In this document: positions 40,674-51,013 of the stretch, piece after piece
Position numbering within the stretch: position 1 is the stretch's first letter
Layout of the letters: every line of letters starts with the position of its first letter
NCBI GenBank assembly: GCA_000002435.2
Contig: CM018793.1
Direction: 5' to 3' (one strand)
DNA length: 64,000 nt
From: Giardia intestinalis
Lineage: Eukaryota
Notes under the pieces: model-generated
What the model was told of the DNA's origin: nothing
The model's input: only the letters and a program-made list of their open reading frames with translations
Database searches by the model: none
Program-made: the position numbers and the translations under genes

Positions 40674-43600
40674 TCATCCTGCACAGAGGCTGTGCAGCTT
40701 TTGGAAGACAGAGCGGAAAGACGCGGGGCCGGTGGCGATAGAAGAAATGTATTGCAGTGCTGCCGCCATACGCGTCATTTGGTCGTGTCTAAGCACAGAT
40801 GATGAAACCCTATTGAGTCTTTCCATAAAGACCCGCTCCACGGTATAGAAGATGTGATCAAACAAGAGGGTGTCATAATTCATAATCCACTTAAAGTCCG
40901 GCCGCTCGCTTAGTACTCGGAGCGCTTTTATGCTAGAGACAAAGCTATTGTACCCTGCTGACACAGGAGACTGTGCTCCCAGCTGCACATGTTCAGGAGG
41001 CGCGTTCAGGTCTTCGTCAAATCCCTGACGGATATGAACCGAGACATAGAGCCTCCATTCTAATATAATAAAATGCACGATCTTCTTTATCGTAAGCTCG
41101 AATCGCGAATACCATACATGGTCTGATGAAGGTGGGACTGGTGTAAATTTCTTCAAATAATCATACACGAGGATACACCCTTGAAGACAGTACAAGGCGT
41201 GCTCAAGCATACCTCCATCAACAAGGACCGCAGTGGGTAGTTTTTCTAGAAGAGCATCCCCTTCAGATTGATTCTGACTACACTTAATAGAGGCTTGTTC
41301 TGGTTCCCTAAGATCTTCGCCAATACCCCCGTTGTGTCCATCGAGTGCAAAATTAAAACTAGCACGCTCTACTTCTGCATCAAGGATCTGCAGGCTGGAT
41401 GATTGTCTGCTATGCGTTCGTGTCTTGACAGGCCTCTCACAGCCCTCCATGGTTCTGCTTTGTCTAAACGGCGCAGTTATTGGGTTTAAGGTAAAAGAGT
41501 GTGCAGCAGAGGAACGTCTTGAGATGACTGATGAGCCCGGTGTGCTGCGTCCCACACCCACAAGAGTTGAGACCCCGTCCATGGTCTGCCTGGTGTCAAT
41601 AATTTCATCGAGAATGGCAAACGTCCCCAGACTGTAGAACGAGGACACACTGGCATACTGTTCGATCCCGTGCTGTCCCAGTGCCTTGTCCAGGCTTGCA
41701 ATTCTATCGCTGGTAATGGCTGCAGAACCAATATAATCATCCAGAAGAGCTTCATACCCGCTGACAGTAGAGCCTTCGATGGGAGAATTACCAGCAGGTG
41801 TGAAGAATAGAGCATAGCTATAGAGGGCTTTATAGTGTATGTGCAAGCGCATATAAATCATGTTCAAGAACGTGTTACAGATGGTGCTAAGAATTAGAGC
41901 AGAGTTCGCTTCATAGTACTTGCTTGACATCGATGAAAACGCCATCATATCATTAAGAAAACGCAGTGTATACTGTGCAAGCTTGTATGCGGTAAGTTCA
42001 GGTCTATCAGACATGACAGTTCTTTCATCACCCAGGAGAGCACGAGCCAAAGAGTAAGAAGATTCAACGCGCAGAAGTCCCGTAGTAGATGTAAAGGCGT
42101 CGGTAAGTTCAGACGGCGCCTCACAAGTAGAGTAACAGCTAACATCATCATCAGGCTGCTGTAAGCTGGTCAAAGAAGAGAGGACCCCCAACCCGTAGAC
42201 TCGAGAGTTGGTGGTGTAAAGTCCCAGCTCGAGATCCTGAAGGGAGACCAAAGCAAAGAGATTGTTGACATTGCTGTTTATGTACGAAGTATAATTGTCC
42301 AATAATCGTGAGAAAAACTGAGTAAATATTTCATCTATTGGATTGATCTCTATTACATTGGTGAGCATGACAGCGCAATGATAGAAAGAAAGAAGGTGAT
42401 TCTCAATTAGAAGCGCGTTCCAGTTATTGGGTTTGACGGAGCTCAGAGCCTTGGAAACCCCCGGAGACGATGAATAGAGCGATAGGGATCGAACCCATGA
42501 AAGGCTGAACAAAGAACTGGTCGCAGTATCCGTTAAAACTCGCCCATCCTGGTCAGAAGCAGATGATCCCGCAGCAGCGTACACACCATCGTGCCCGCCA
42601 ATGGTGAGCTTATCACCATGCGTTTGCTGATGCATCTGCGCAGACGACTTAGCGTAGCCAGAGCTCTTGATGACCATTGAGCAGTAGTAGGCCAAGCGAC
42701 GGATGGCTGCATCATAGAATGCGCCTAAAAACTGCTTGAGACTATCATTATATCCTATAAATGGATACCTGGCATCTAAAGCAAAGATGGTATTGATGAA
42801 CGGGAGCTGCTCATTAGCCTTTATGGATACCAATTTTCCGGCAGAGGCCGCGGAAGAAAAGGAGGCAGAAATGATCCGCTTCTGATTGGTGCTTGTAGAG
42901 AAGCTGGACATAAACATAGTGGGGTCAGAAAACCCGCCAGATGGAGAAGAATCCACGTCTGTATTTAGAAATTCCAAAGCAGACGATGGATTTGTCTCCG
43001 CCAGCATGAAGAAGAGAGTTTCAAGAATCTTCTTGAAGCTTACATGCTCAGGTTGAGCCGGCGAGCCAGGAGATTGCAGAGGAGGATGGGGAGGCATTAC
43101 AGGCACCGAAGAGATCGGGACCATGGCGTCTATGTTGAATGCAGATGGCTGGAGAATGGCCCTGCTTTTCGAAGGCTGCAATGTCTTTGCAAGAGATAGC
43201 CCTACCGGGGGAGATTGTTGATTGTCAAAAGGACTCGGTTGCTTCAGCGCTTGGAGATAGAAACTATAAGAAACAAGAAACGATCCATACAATAGCGTAG
43301 CATTTATCATGGAAAAATATACTCTTTGGAAGAAGCGTCTAGTCACCTTTGCAAAATCCTTAAGCGGATTTGTGTCTACTAATCTGAACTCTGGTACATG
43401 AACACCGCCAGACGAACTAAAAATGAGTCTTCTAAGCCTTAGTACATGATCTGCTCGATGGAGATCAAGTGCAGACGAGATGTAAGACATCTTGTCGGTG
43501 GAAAGGGTAGAACTTTGACCCTCATCCACAAAGCTGGATTCTTGCTCCGCTCTGTGGTACATCTCTATTAGCCGGGAATCCATGTTCTCAACCAGAAGCC

Positions 43601-44834
43601 CCCTTAGAAAGTCCGATATGTCGCCGATTCTTCCAGCGGCTATGTCTGATTCGTGCAGCATCAAAAAACACTGTCCCAGCAGGACACCATAAAGCTCTGG
43701 AGGCATAGTATCGATGGTAGAGTTTCGAATGACGGCTTCCTGTGAGGGAGTAATGTTGAAGAACGGATTGCGTTCCAAAGCAAAGCTCTTCAGGACACCT
43801 AGTGAATCTATAAAGGTCTGAATTAGGTCGGTTGTCTGATAAGAGCGAGCAGCAACCGAGCGCAAGAACGTACAGAGTGGGAGAAATGGTAAATTCTGGA
43901 TCATCCTATAGAGGCCCAAGCTATACGAGCTAGATATGCATGGAATCGAAGAAAGTACGTCAGTATCTTGCCCAGACTGTGAAGATGACAGAGTCCCAGC
44001 TGCTCCATTGGTACCAGGAGACCCCTGCTTGGTGGTCGTAGCAGGGCTTCCAGCTAAACTGGCGACGGTGTAGAGGGATCCTGTTGCAGTGCCTTTACCG
44101 TAGAACAAAGCCATAATCTGATGCTTTAACTGATAGGATAGCCGCTCGTGATCTCTCTTGAGGCCACTCCGCATAGTATCAACATCCACAAGCACAGTCC
44201 TGGATGTCCGCATGGCAACGTCTGCAAGATGAAAAATGGCAATGGCGTTGATGAGATCCCGCTTGTGCAGAAGTTGGTCAATTAACAGGGTGGTCGATTT
44301 AAGCGCCAGAATGGAGCGGGAGATGGAGGTGGCCGCATTGAGAACTCTCCGCTTGTGGAGTAGCGCCTTAATGTCGTAATTCTCGGAGAAGTAGTGGGAT
44401 AATGTGTCGTCAGATGCCCGCAGGATGTGCTCTAGACGCGCCGTATCTGCCTTCAACGTGTCCGCAAGGGTATCCATTATTGAGAAGCACGACACCTTAT
44501 TTGCAACGCGCAGCCCATAGGTCTCGGATATAAATGTGGAAAGGTGTTGAAGCTTGTCTATAAAATCCTGAGTCGGCTTGTGTTTAAATACCGTCTTATC
44601 CACAAAGCTCTGGGGCCGGATGGAGGCATCCGTTCGCAATATGGAGTCCAATGCCTTGAGTGCGCAAAATGGGGACGAGGTGTGGAGGGCCTCCAGTGAT
44701 TGTGAAATGTATCTATCCGATCCAGGTGTGCCCTTTATTCGTTGAAATAACGTCCGTGCCGCATCGAGACTGTCTAGTTGCACAGCAGGCTGGTCGATTG
44801 TCGACTGCGTAAACTGTGTGAAGCCTGTGCTCAT
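40674..44834 (-). CDS. Very large hypothetical protein (about 1386 aa)
   Basis: 4.2-kb minus-strand ORF. The track start at 44945 is a TTG, and its first ATG would overlap the ATG of the divergent 44923 gene. The ATG at 44834 (MSTGFTQ), preceded by 'ctcaatttaacATG', is the likeliest start. No domain recognised. Confidence 0.65.
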   Translation of the reverse strand: MSTGFTQFTQSTIDQPAVQLDSLDAARTLFQRIKGTPGSDRYISQSLEALHTSSPFCALKALDSILRTDASIRPQSFVDKTVFKHKPTQDFIDKLQHLSTFISETYGLRVANKVSCFSIMDTLADTLKADTARLEHILRASDDTLSHYFSENYDIKALLHKRRVLNAATSISRSILALKSTTLLIDQLLHKRDLINAIAIFHLADVAMRTSRTVLVDVDTMRSGLKRDHERLSYQLKHQIMALFYGKGTATGSLYTVASLAGSPATTTKQGSPGTNGAAGTLSSSQSGQDTDVLSSIPCISSSYSLGLYRMIQNLPFLPLCTFLRSVAARSYQTTDLIQTFIDSLGVLKSFALERNPFFNITPSQEAVIRNSTIDTMPPELYGVLLGQCFLMLHESDIAAGRIGDISDFLRGLLVENMDSRLIEMYHRAEQESSFVDEGQSSTLSTDKMSYISSALDLHRADHVLRLRRLIFSSSGGVHVPEFRLVDTNPLKDFAKVTRRFFQRVYFSMINATLLYGSFLVSYSFYLQALKQPSPFDNQQSPPVGLSLAKTLQPSKSRAILQPSAFNIDAMVPISSVPVMPPHPPLQSPGSPAQPEHVSFKKILETLFFMLAETNPSSALEFLNTDVDSSPSGGFSDPTMFMSSFSTSTNQKRIISASFSSAASAGKLVSIKANEQLPFINTIFALDARYPFIGYNDSLKQFLGAFYDAAIRRLAYYCSMVIKSSGYAKSSAQMHQQTHGDKLTIGGHDGVYAAAGSSASDQDGRVLTDTATSSLFSLSWVRSLSLYSSSPGVSKALSSVKPNNWNALLIENHLLSFYHCAVMLTNVIEINPIDEIFTQFFSRLLDNYTSYINSNVNNLFALVSLQDLELGLYTTNSRVYGLGVLSSLTSLQQPDDDVSCYSTCEAPSELTDAFTSTTGLLRVESSYSLARALLGDERTVMSDRPELTAYKLAQYTLRFLNDMMAFSSMSSKYYEANSALILSTICNTFLNMIYMRLHIHYKALYSYALFFTPAGNSPIEGSTVSGYEALLDDYIGSAAITSDRIASLDKALGQHGIEQYASVSSFYSLGTFAILDEIIDTRQTMDGVSTLVGVGRSTPGSSVISRRSSAAHSFTLNPITAPFRQSRTMEGCERPVKTRTHSRQSSSLQILDAEVERASFNFALDGHNGGIGEDLREPEQASIKCSQNQSEGDALLEKLPTAVLVDGGMLEHALYCLQGCILVYDYLKKFTPVPPSSDHVWYSRFELTIKKIVHFIILEWRLYVSVHIRQGFDEDLNAPPEHVQLGAQSPVSAGYNSFVSSIKALRVLSERPDFKWIMNYDTLLFDHIFYTVERVFMERLNRVSSSVLRHDQMTRMAAALQYISSIATGPASFRSVFQKLHSLCAG

Positions 44835-44922
44835 GTTAAATTGAGTCAGGGAGTTTATAAGTGAAAACAGTGGAAGAAAGCAGTGGAACCTTAAAAATCG
44901 ATAATAAGTAAACCAAAAAATC

Positions 44923-47370
44923 ATGGCTCCGCGCTCGGTACTCAAGCGAGAATGGTTCGATGCGATCTATCGCGGTGATGTAGAATGTGTCTCTCAGATG
45001 CTTCCTCAGATGAAAAAGACCTGTAACCAGTGGGGAGAAACCGGATTAATGATTTCCGCGAAGGAGGGCAACCTAACTATGGCAGAACTTCTGGCTCCCC
45101 ACGAAGCAGGAATGACCAATGTGGAAGGAAGAACTGCCCTAATGCTTGCAGCTGCAGCCAACAATCCAGAGATCTGTAAAATTTTGGTCACAGAGGAGAA
45201 GCACATTGTGACCTTGGACTCTCGTAACGCGCTCATGTTTGCAGCTGCAGCCAATGCTGCTGACGCAGCAGAGATACTCATATGTGATCTTGGAAAGACC
45301 CGCGACGCCTTAGGCCGGGCACCTCTTCATTATGCTGTGCTTAGCCGAGCTCCCCACGTGGTTCAACTTATTCTTCAATATCCTAATGACATATCTCACG
45401 ACGATGTGTCTCTCCTGTTGGATTATGCCAAAGAGTACGGATATGACACGATTATACAGATGCTCACCGAGTACGACCCTATAAACAGGCTCATGGAGTT
45501 CGATCAGGTTTCACTTATCAAGCTATCTGAACTACAACAGTTGATGCAGAGGTTTCCCAGTTCCTCACTAAGATCAGAAGCCACCAAGCTTCTCAGTGAA
45601 GCGACGGAGTCGATAACCATTGACCTAGAGAAAAAAACGGCTATGATAGACGGTTATCATAACGAGATCAGTATGCTGCACGAACGCATTTCGGTACTCA
45701 ATGAAACGATTAATCAACAGCAGAAAGAGCTTGATGGACTTTATAAAATGGTGAAGCTGGGGATATCTGGAATAGATAGCAGTAAGCAGAGCATGCCCGC
45801 ATCAGAGTTTGCAATCAAGCGAGCACAGGAGCTGATGGTCAAGCCCATGTCTGTGGATTCATCTAAGGTAAATCATGACGATCACGATGAGAAATACAGT
45901 GATAGATGTAGTACTGACTTGCACGAGGATCTCCAGTATCATGAGGGCAGTGATGCTATCCCTGGATCTACAGAGGCAAAGAGCTTGGAAACTTACTTAG
46001 CTCGCACAAAGTCCACTCCGTCTCGCGCTGATACGACAGATGAGAGAACGTGCTTATCTGACAGAGACCAGCAAGCCCTGGTGACAGACCCAACTATTGA
46101 AACAGAGGATTCGCCGTCTGCGAATTTTCATACACATCAAGACACTATGGTTAAAGGAACAGAAGAGTATGAAAACCGTGCTCTACCAATTTCATACTCT
46201 CCAGATGTTGATAATGATGAGGAGCGTCAGTACCTGGCTTACATGGCGCTGATGGCTGAGATTGATGAAGAGCACGGCGTAGTCGCTCGCCCACTCGAGA
46301 AACCGCCGCCTCACTTAACGCTGCCACGCATGCGTGAAAGCATAGGAACAGATGAAGTTGACGCCATAGTTTCTACTGGTTCTTTAGCAAGCGACCTAAA
46401 AGAGCTCCCGATGGGTGTCTCGACTGAGAATCAAAGTACTACGGAAGAAGTCGATAAGGACAATACTTTTCCCGTCACTTCGTCTATAGATGGACAAATC
46501 GAACCTTTGGACCCACAGCAACCAAGAGAACTCATTCTTTTAGAATCAGATATCCCCAAAAAGGAAACACTTACTTCGATATCGAGTGATCAAATAGCCA
46601 CAGCTGATCAGTACCATGATCAAGATTGTCCCACAGTTTCTGCCAAGCCACTAGATGACAGTAAAGCAAGCCCGTGCACCTTCAGTAGCCAGCCTTCAGA
46701 CCACGGTGATTCTTCAGAAATGGTTATTAGGATGGTATCAGAGGAGGAGTCCATACGCGATGAAAACGTTCAATTGGCATATCAATATGAAACGCCAGCA
46801 GAGCCCCCTGCAGACGAGGCGGTGATCGACGCCATCCCGGAGCCCCCTGCAGACGAGGCGGTGATCGACGCCATCCCGGAGCCCCCTGCAGACGAGGCGG
46901 TGATCGACGCCATCCCAGAGCCCCCTGCAGACGAGGCGGTGATCGACGCCATCCCGGAGCCCCCTGCAGACGAGGCGGTGATCGACGCCATCCCAGAGCC
47001 CCCTGCAGACGAGGCGGTGATCGACGCCATCCCAGAGCCCCCTGCAGACGAGGCGGTGATCGACGCCATCCCGGAGCCCCCTGCAGACGAGGCGGTGATC
47101 GACGCCATCCCAGAGCCCCCTGCAGACGAGGCGGTGATCGACGCCATCCCAGAGCCCCCTGCAGACGAGGCGGTGATCGACGCCATCCCAGAGCCCCCTG
47201 CAGACGAGGCGGTGATCGACGCCATCCCAGAGCCCCCTGCAGACGAGGCGGTGATCGACGCCATCCCAGAGCCCCCTGCAGACGAGGCGGTGATCGACGC
47301 CATCCCGGAGCCCCCTGCAGACGAGGCGGTGATAGAGACGGACCAACTAGGAGAAGACGGCAGCAATTAG
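44923..47370 (+). CDS. Ankyrin-repeat protein with C-terminal 13 x PPADEAVIDAIPE tandem peptide repeats (815 aa)
   Basis: Initiator 'aaaccaaaaaatcATGgct'. N-terminal ankyrin repeats (GETGLMISAKEGNLTMAELL; RTALMLAAAANNPEICKILV; RNALMFAAAANAADAAEIL; RAPLHYAVLSRAPHVVQLIL). A coiled-coil and acidic middle follows. The C-terminus is encoded by the 39-bp tandem array. Confidence 0.8.
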   Translation: MAPRSVLKREWFDAIYRGDVECVSQMLPQMKKTCNQWGETGLMISAKEGNLTMAELLAPHEAGMTNVEGRTALMLAAAANNPEICKILVTEEKHIVTLDSRNALMFAAAANAADAAEILICDLGKTRDALGRAPLHYAVLSRAPHVVQLILQYPNDISHDDVSLLLDYAKEYGYDTIIQMLTEYDPINRLMEFDQVSLIKLSELQQLMQRFPSSSLRSEATKLLSEATESITIDLEKKTAMIDGYHNEISMLHERISVLNETINQQQKELDGLYKMVKLGISGIDSSKQSMPASEFAIKRAQELMVKPMSVDSSKVNHDDHDEKYSDRCSTDLHEDLQYHEGSDAIPGSTEAKSLETYLARTKSTPSRADTTDERTCLSDRDQQALVTDPTIETEDSPSANFHTHQDTMVKGTEEYENRALPISYSPDVDNDEERQYLAYMALMAEIDEEHGVVARPLEKPPPHLTLPRMRESIGTDEVDAIVSTGSLASDLKELPMGVSTENQSTTEEVDKDNTFPVTSSIDGQIEPLDPQQPRELILLESDIPKKETLTSISSDQIATADQYHDQDCPTVSAKPLDDSKASPCTFSSQPSDHGDSSEMVIRMVSEEESIRDENVQLAYQYETPAEPPADEAVIDAIPEPPADEAVIDAIPEPPADEAVIDAIPEPPADEAVIDAIPEPPADEAVIDAIPEPPADEAVIDAIPEPPADEAVIDAIPEPPADEAVIDAIPEPPADEAVIDAIPEPPADEAVIDAIPEPPADEAVIDAIPEPPADEAVIDAIPEPPADEAVIDAIPEPPADEAVIETDQLGEDGSN
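46801..47333 (+). repeat. In-frame tandem repeat: 13 complete 39-bp units plus one partial (gagccccctgcagacgaggcggtgatcgacgccatccc[g/a])
   Basis: Read directly: units are identical except for a synonymous G/A at the last position (pattern G,G,A,G,A,A,G,A,A,A,A,A,G). The array encodes (E)PPADEAVIDAIP x13, and the final unit diverges to ...AVIETDQ. Confidence 0.97.
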
Positions 47371-47416
47371 GGTCTATTTCCATCTCTGATACTGATGAGG
47401 AGACAACCCATACAGT

Positions 47417-49642
47417 TCACTTTCGCCGGCTGGTTCTTAGTTGTTGTAAGTGCATTTTCATCGTATTAGTGAACGTAGGGCTCATTTCGTTTAGCTTTGG
47501 TTCGCTTATAGCAAATTCTAAAGAAAACAGCAAATTAACCATGTCAATGTCGTTGTGGTTTGCTGCATAAGTCAGGGCTGTCGAACCATCCGGAGTAGCT
47601 AGGCCTCCTTCAGACCCAAGTAGTAAGGTTGCGATAGAAAGCTGGCCGGTAGCAGCTGCCTTCATCAGCGCTGTGCGTCCTTTGATATCTCGTAACCCTG
47701 TTTCCTGGCGCAGAAGGAGCTGAATGCAGTTGAATCTTTTATTCAGTACCGCATGCATAAGGGCTGTGTTACCTACTCGATCCGTCATCCTACACTCTTC
47801 GGGTAAAAGGATCTCGACGCAGTTCAAGCTGTCGGATATAGCCGCATACATAAGAGCCGTTTTGCCGTCCTCGTCGTACTGGCGAACCTGTGAAATCCAC
47901 TGCTTCACACCCTTCGAGTCTCCGATTGTCGCCGCCTTCATAAGGTTTGTGTGCCCATGAATCGAAACTCCTGTGGGAGTTCGTTTAGCTACGTGGTCTT
48001 TGGACGATAACGAGTGCGGAAGACCCTGCCGAGACTCATGGCGGCTCGGAGTCATGGTATTGACGCTTTCGGACTTGCACATGTTGCGACTAACACGGCT
48101 ATCACTTCGTTGGTTACGCGAATAGGGGCGTGAATCAGTGGTACCACGGGATCCCTCTACTTGATAGTCATATCTTGCAGTGCCGTGTCCGGAAAACGCA
48201 GAATGCTGAAGAGTAGTTGTAGCACAACCTTGGGATATTCGGTGCTTAGACGACGAAGATCTGCTTCTAGTCGAAGTGTCCCCATCCGTCATCCGTTTCA
48301 AATATGCTGGAAGGGCACTCGTGTCTATTGAAACGGTAGTCCCATCTGCAAAATGTCTAGGATTCTCAGGTATATCCTTGTGTGCACGATCAGATACCCT
48401 CACCGCCGCATCACCGTAGACGCTTGGGTTCTCCAGTAGTGAATAGTTAATCTCTTTGGGTCCTCCTGAAGGGTAGCGCTTAACTTTATCAGCACCATCG
48501 CTTTGGCCCCCGTGATCATGGAACCCTCCAGAACTGAGACCTTTACCATGAACACTCTCTAGAGATTCGAGGGGCTGCGCATGTGCATGTCCACACTGCT
48601 TGGACGATTTTCGGAGATCTATGGGATGAACACTGCTTGGCCGAGAAGTGCGGGACGTGCTAATAGATCTGCTTCCCCGCCTACTCAAGTCGTCGTCACC
48701 AGACTGCACCGTTCTATTTCCGGGTGTATGCTTCAGAGTGTAGTCAAGGTCGTTGAGAATACTAGTATCGTAGACGCCACGCTCAATCAGTCGCTTAACA
48801 GCACTTACTATTTGGGGCACCTGAGCAAGCTCAGACGAAGAGGGCCGAGCATTGTGATCTACGACTAGAATTTTATATATGAACCCAATCAGGTCATTAG
48901 AGTACATTCCCTGCGGTAGCCTGAGATTCTGTGCTGAAAATTTTGAGAACTCCGTGGTGTAATCAGTAGAATGCGAAAAATTGAAAATTGGTCTATTTGT
49001 GCACATTTCACACACTATGCAGCCAAGAGACCAAATATCCACCTTCTCGTTGTAAGGCTTCCGCAAGAGTATTTCTGGTGCCATGTATGAAAACGTACCG
49101 GCAAAGGTCATTTTCGCATCCGCCGATTCAATCACCCGCGACAAGTTGAAATCCCCTATCTTGACCGCACCAGTACTAGATAGAAATACGTTATCAGGCT
49201 TTAGATCTCTGTGTATAATCCGACCGATGCCAGAGGCATTTTCCTTGATTGGTGAGTGCAAATACCGCAAAGCCAATACCATCTGTGCCGTAATGTCCCA
49301 GACAAACGTCTCCGGGATATTTTGCCGACACTGGTGGTACTTATCAATGAGATTAGACAGAGAGCCGCTTTCTAGAAACTCCATTGAAAGCATAATCTTT
49401 CCTGGTATTTCGTTAAAAACCTCAAAATGCTGGACTAGATTTGGGTGGCTTATGCGCGGGATTATCTCTAGCTCTGTCTTCATTGCGCGCAAAACCCCAG
49501 ACGATAGCTGCCGTACTTTATACTCTTTAATAGCCACTTTCCGCTTCTTATTCGTCTCCCAGGCACTGTAAACAGTCCCGAATGCCCCACAGCCCACTGT
49601 GGCTATTTGATCGAACCCCCGGGGAACAACCAAGTCAGCCAT
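47417..49642 (-). CDS. NEK-family Ser/Thr kinase with C-terminal ankyrin repeats (741 aa)
   Basis: GCGAFGTVYSAWE, VAIKEY, HRDLKPDNVFL, DFNLS, FSYMAPE. S/R-rich middle. Three to four ankyrin repeats at the C-terminus (TNLMKAATIGDSKGVKQWI; KTALMYAAISDSLNCVEILL; NTALMHAVLNKRFNCIQLLL; RTALMKAAATGQLSIATLLL). An A/T-rich initiator lies upstream on the minus strand. Confidence 0.9.
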   Translation of the reverse strand: MADLVVPRGFDQIATVGCGAFGTVYSAWETNKKRKVAIKEYKVRQLSSGVLRAMKTELEIIPRISHPNLVQHFEVFNEIPGKIMLSMEFLESGSLSNLIDKYHQCRQNIPETFVWDITAQMVLALRYLHSPIKENASGIGRIIHRDLKPDNVFLSSTGAVKIGDFNLSRVIESADAKMTFAGTFSYMAPEILLRKPYNEKVDIWSLGCIVCEMCTNRPIFNFSHSTDYTTEFSKFSAQNLRLPQGMYSNDLIGFIYKILVVDHNARPSSSELAQVPQIVSAVKRLIERGVYDTSILNDLDYTLKHTPGNRTVQSGDDDLSRRGSRSISTSRTSRPSSVHPIDLRKSSKQCGHAHAQPLESLESVHGKGLSSGGFHDHGGQSDGADKVKRYPSGGPKEINYSLLENPSVYGDAAVRVSDRAHKDIPENPRHFADGTTVSIDTSALPAYLKRMTDGDTSTRSRSSSSKHRISQGCATTTLQHSAFSGHGTARYDYQVEGSRGTTDSRPYSRNQRSDSRVSRNMCKSESVNTMTPSRHESRQGLPHSLSSKDHVAKRTPTGVSIHGHTNLMKAATIGDSKGVKQWISQVRQYDEDGKTALMYAAISDSLNCVEILLPEECRMTDRVGNTALMHAVLNKRFNCIQLLLRQETGLRDIKGRTALMKAAATGQLSIATLLLGSEGGLATPDGSTALTYAANHNDIDMVNLLFSLEFAISEPKLNEMSPTFTNTMKMHLQQLRTSRRK

Positions 49643-49817
49643 AGGGAGATTAAATTTTAAGGTCTAAAATGTTGATTACGTTTATCTGAAATTAGAGTTG
49701 CCTGCGTGCTCTGGCAATTCGTTGTTGTATATTATTTTTAAGGAGGGGGTTCCCGGAGCAGGTTAGCAACCGCGGAGGGAGTCAAAAAATATTTAAAGTG
49801 CTACAGGAGTACAAACT

Positions 49818-50768
49818 ATGTACAATTGTCGGAGCACACCGGCGACTCCGCGTTGCTCAGTTACCTCTCCTACTCGCTGGGGTGGGTGCCCTGCCTCTAG
49901 GACCCCGTCTTACGACCGCGTGCGGCCAATATCTGTGACGGCCCATCATCCGACTGCCCCTGTAGAGACAGTATTCACTTTGCTCAGCAGGTCTCCTTAT
50001 GCATCCTCTAGTCGTTCTTTGTCCAACAGAGCTGTACCGCAACATATCGCAACCTCTAACCTTCCACATTCTCCGTCGCGCAAGAAACCTTCAGGCTATC
50101 AACATCAGGTCTATCGGCAACGCCTGTCGGTAGATCAGCACAAATCTAAGAGCACTACACGTCCAGTGGACAAGCAATGTGTTCAAAGCGCGCGCACAAC
50201 TAAAACTAATGTTAACTTTCCTAAGCAAAGTTCTACTAAAGAATTACCTTACACTAATACTAATGTTCGCCAAGGCTGCAACAGTAGACAGCAGACTGCT
50301 ACTGCTCAACCTAACAGACTAACGAAGACGCTCTGCAATTCCCCCTGGCACATTTCAAGCAATCTGGCATCCTTAGCGGAGTTTTCTAGCAGCATCTTCA
50401 GTGACGAAGAGACCCCTGTATACAGTGGCAGAGTCAGTGGTGATCCCCGGAAGACTCCTGTTATGATGCAGCCGCAGATCAGCCCTAGCCTAGATGAGAT
50501 TGAAGAACTTGAGGGTAGCGCTCTTCTTAAGCGTTGCCATCATTCAAAGGACACGGATGCCACTGTTCAAAGCAGTCACACAAGCCAGACTGGCAGCAAC
50601 ACCCACACCGATGAGTCGATAATTCCAGCGTTGCCTCCTGGAAGCATGCAGAGCACAGAGTTGATGCAGTACATTCTTGGCGTTCTGATGACCGAGAAGA
50701 GCCCTAGGCCAACTAGGCCTGCTTGGAATAGCGGAGTGTACACCCTTTACAAGCGCAGCAAAGATTAG
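49818..50768 (+). CDS. Hypothetical S/T/P/Q-rich, probably disordered protein (316 aa)
   Basis: ATG-initiated ORF 175 bp divergent from the NEK gene. Low-complexity composition throughout. The coding call rests only on ORF length and position. Confidence 0.4.
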   Translation: MYNCRSTPATPRCSVTSPTRWGGCPASRTPSYDRVRPISVTAHHPTAPVETVFTLLSRSPYASSSRSLSNRAVPQHIATSNLPHSPSRKKPSGYQHQVYRQRLSVDQHKSKSTTRPVDKQCVQSARTTKTNVNFPKQSSTKELPYTNTNVRQGCNSRQQTATAQPNRLTKTLCNSPWHISSNLASLAEFSSSIFSDEETPVYSGRVSGDPRKTPVMMQPQISPSLDEIEELEGSALLKRCHHSKDTDATVQSSHTSQTGSNTHTDESIIPALPPGSMQSTELMQYILGVLMTEKSPRPTRPAWNSGVYTLYKRSKD

Positions 50769-51013
50769 CCCCAACACTCTTTAGCCTATAGAGAACCTGC
50801 AGAGGCTTACACGCATATTCTCTCGATGAGATTCCCTTATGAAGGCCGTTCTATCTTTTTCATTGGTATCAACAAACCTATTAATGTAAACTTAACAAGC
50901 GACTACAGCGGACAGCAGTCACTAGTAGTATCTAGAAAACTAAAAACAGAGTGCTTCAGACCTCATAATGTAGTGCCTCCTCAAGCTCTTTGTGTATTCA
51001 CGCGGGTTTAAAA

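Noticed and set aside
46727-47383. Three long minus-strand ORFs (218, 202 and 194 aa) overlapping the tandem repeat
   Set aside because: They are a direct consequence of the 39-bp unit having no stop codon in any antisense frame. Their translations are pure low-complexity repeats (GWRRSPPRLQGAL...; GVDHRLVCRGLWD...; ASITASSAGGSGM...). The sense-strand gene has ankyrin repeats and a proper initiator.
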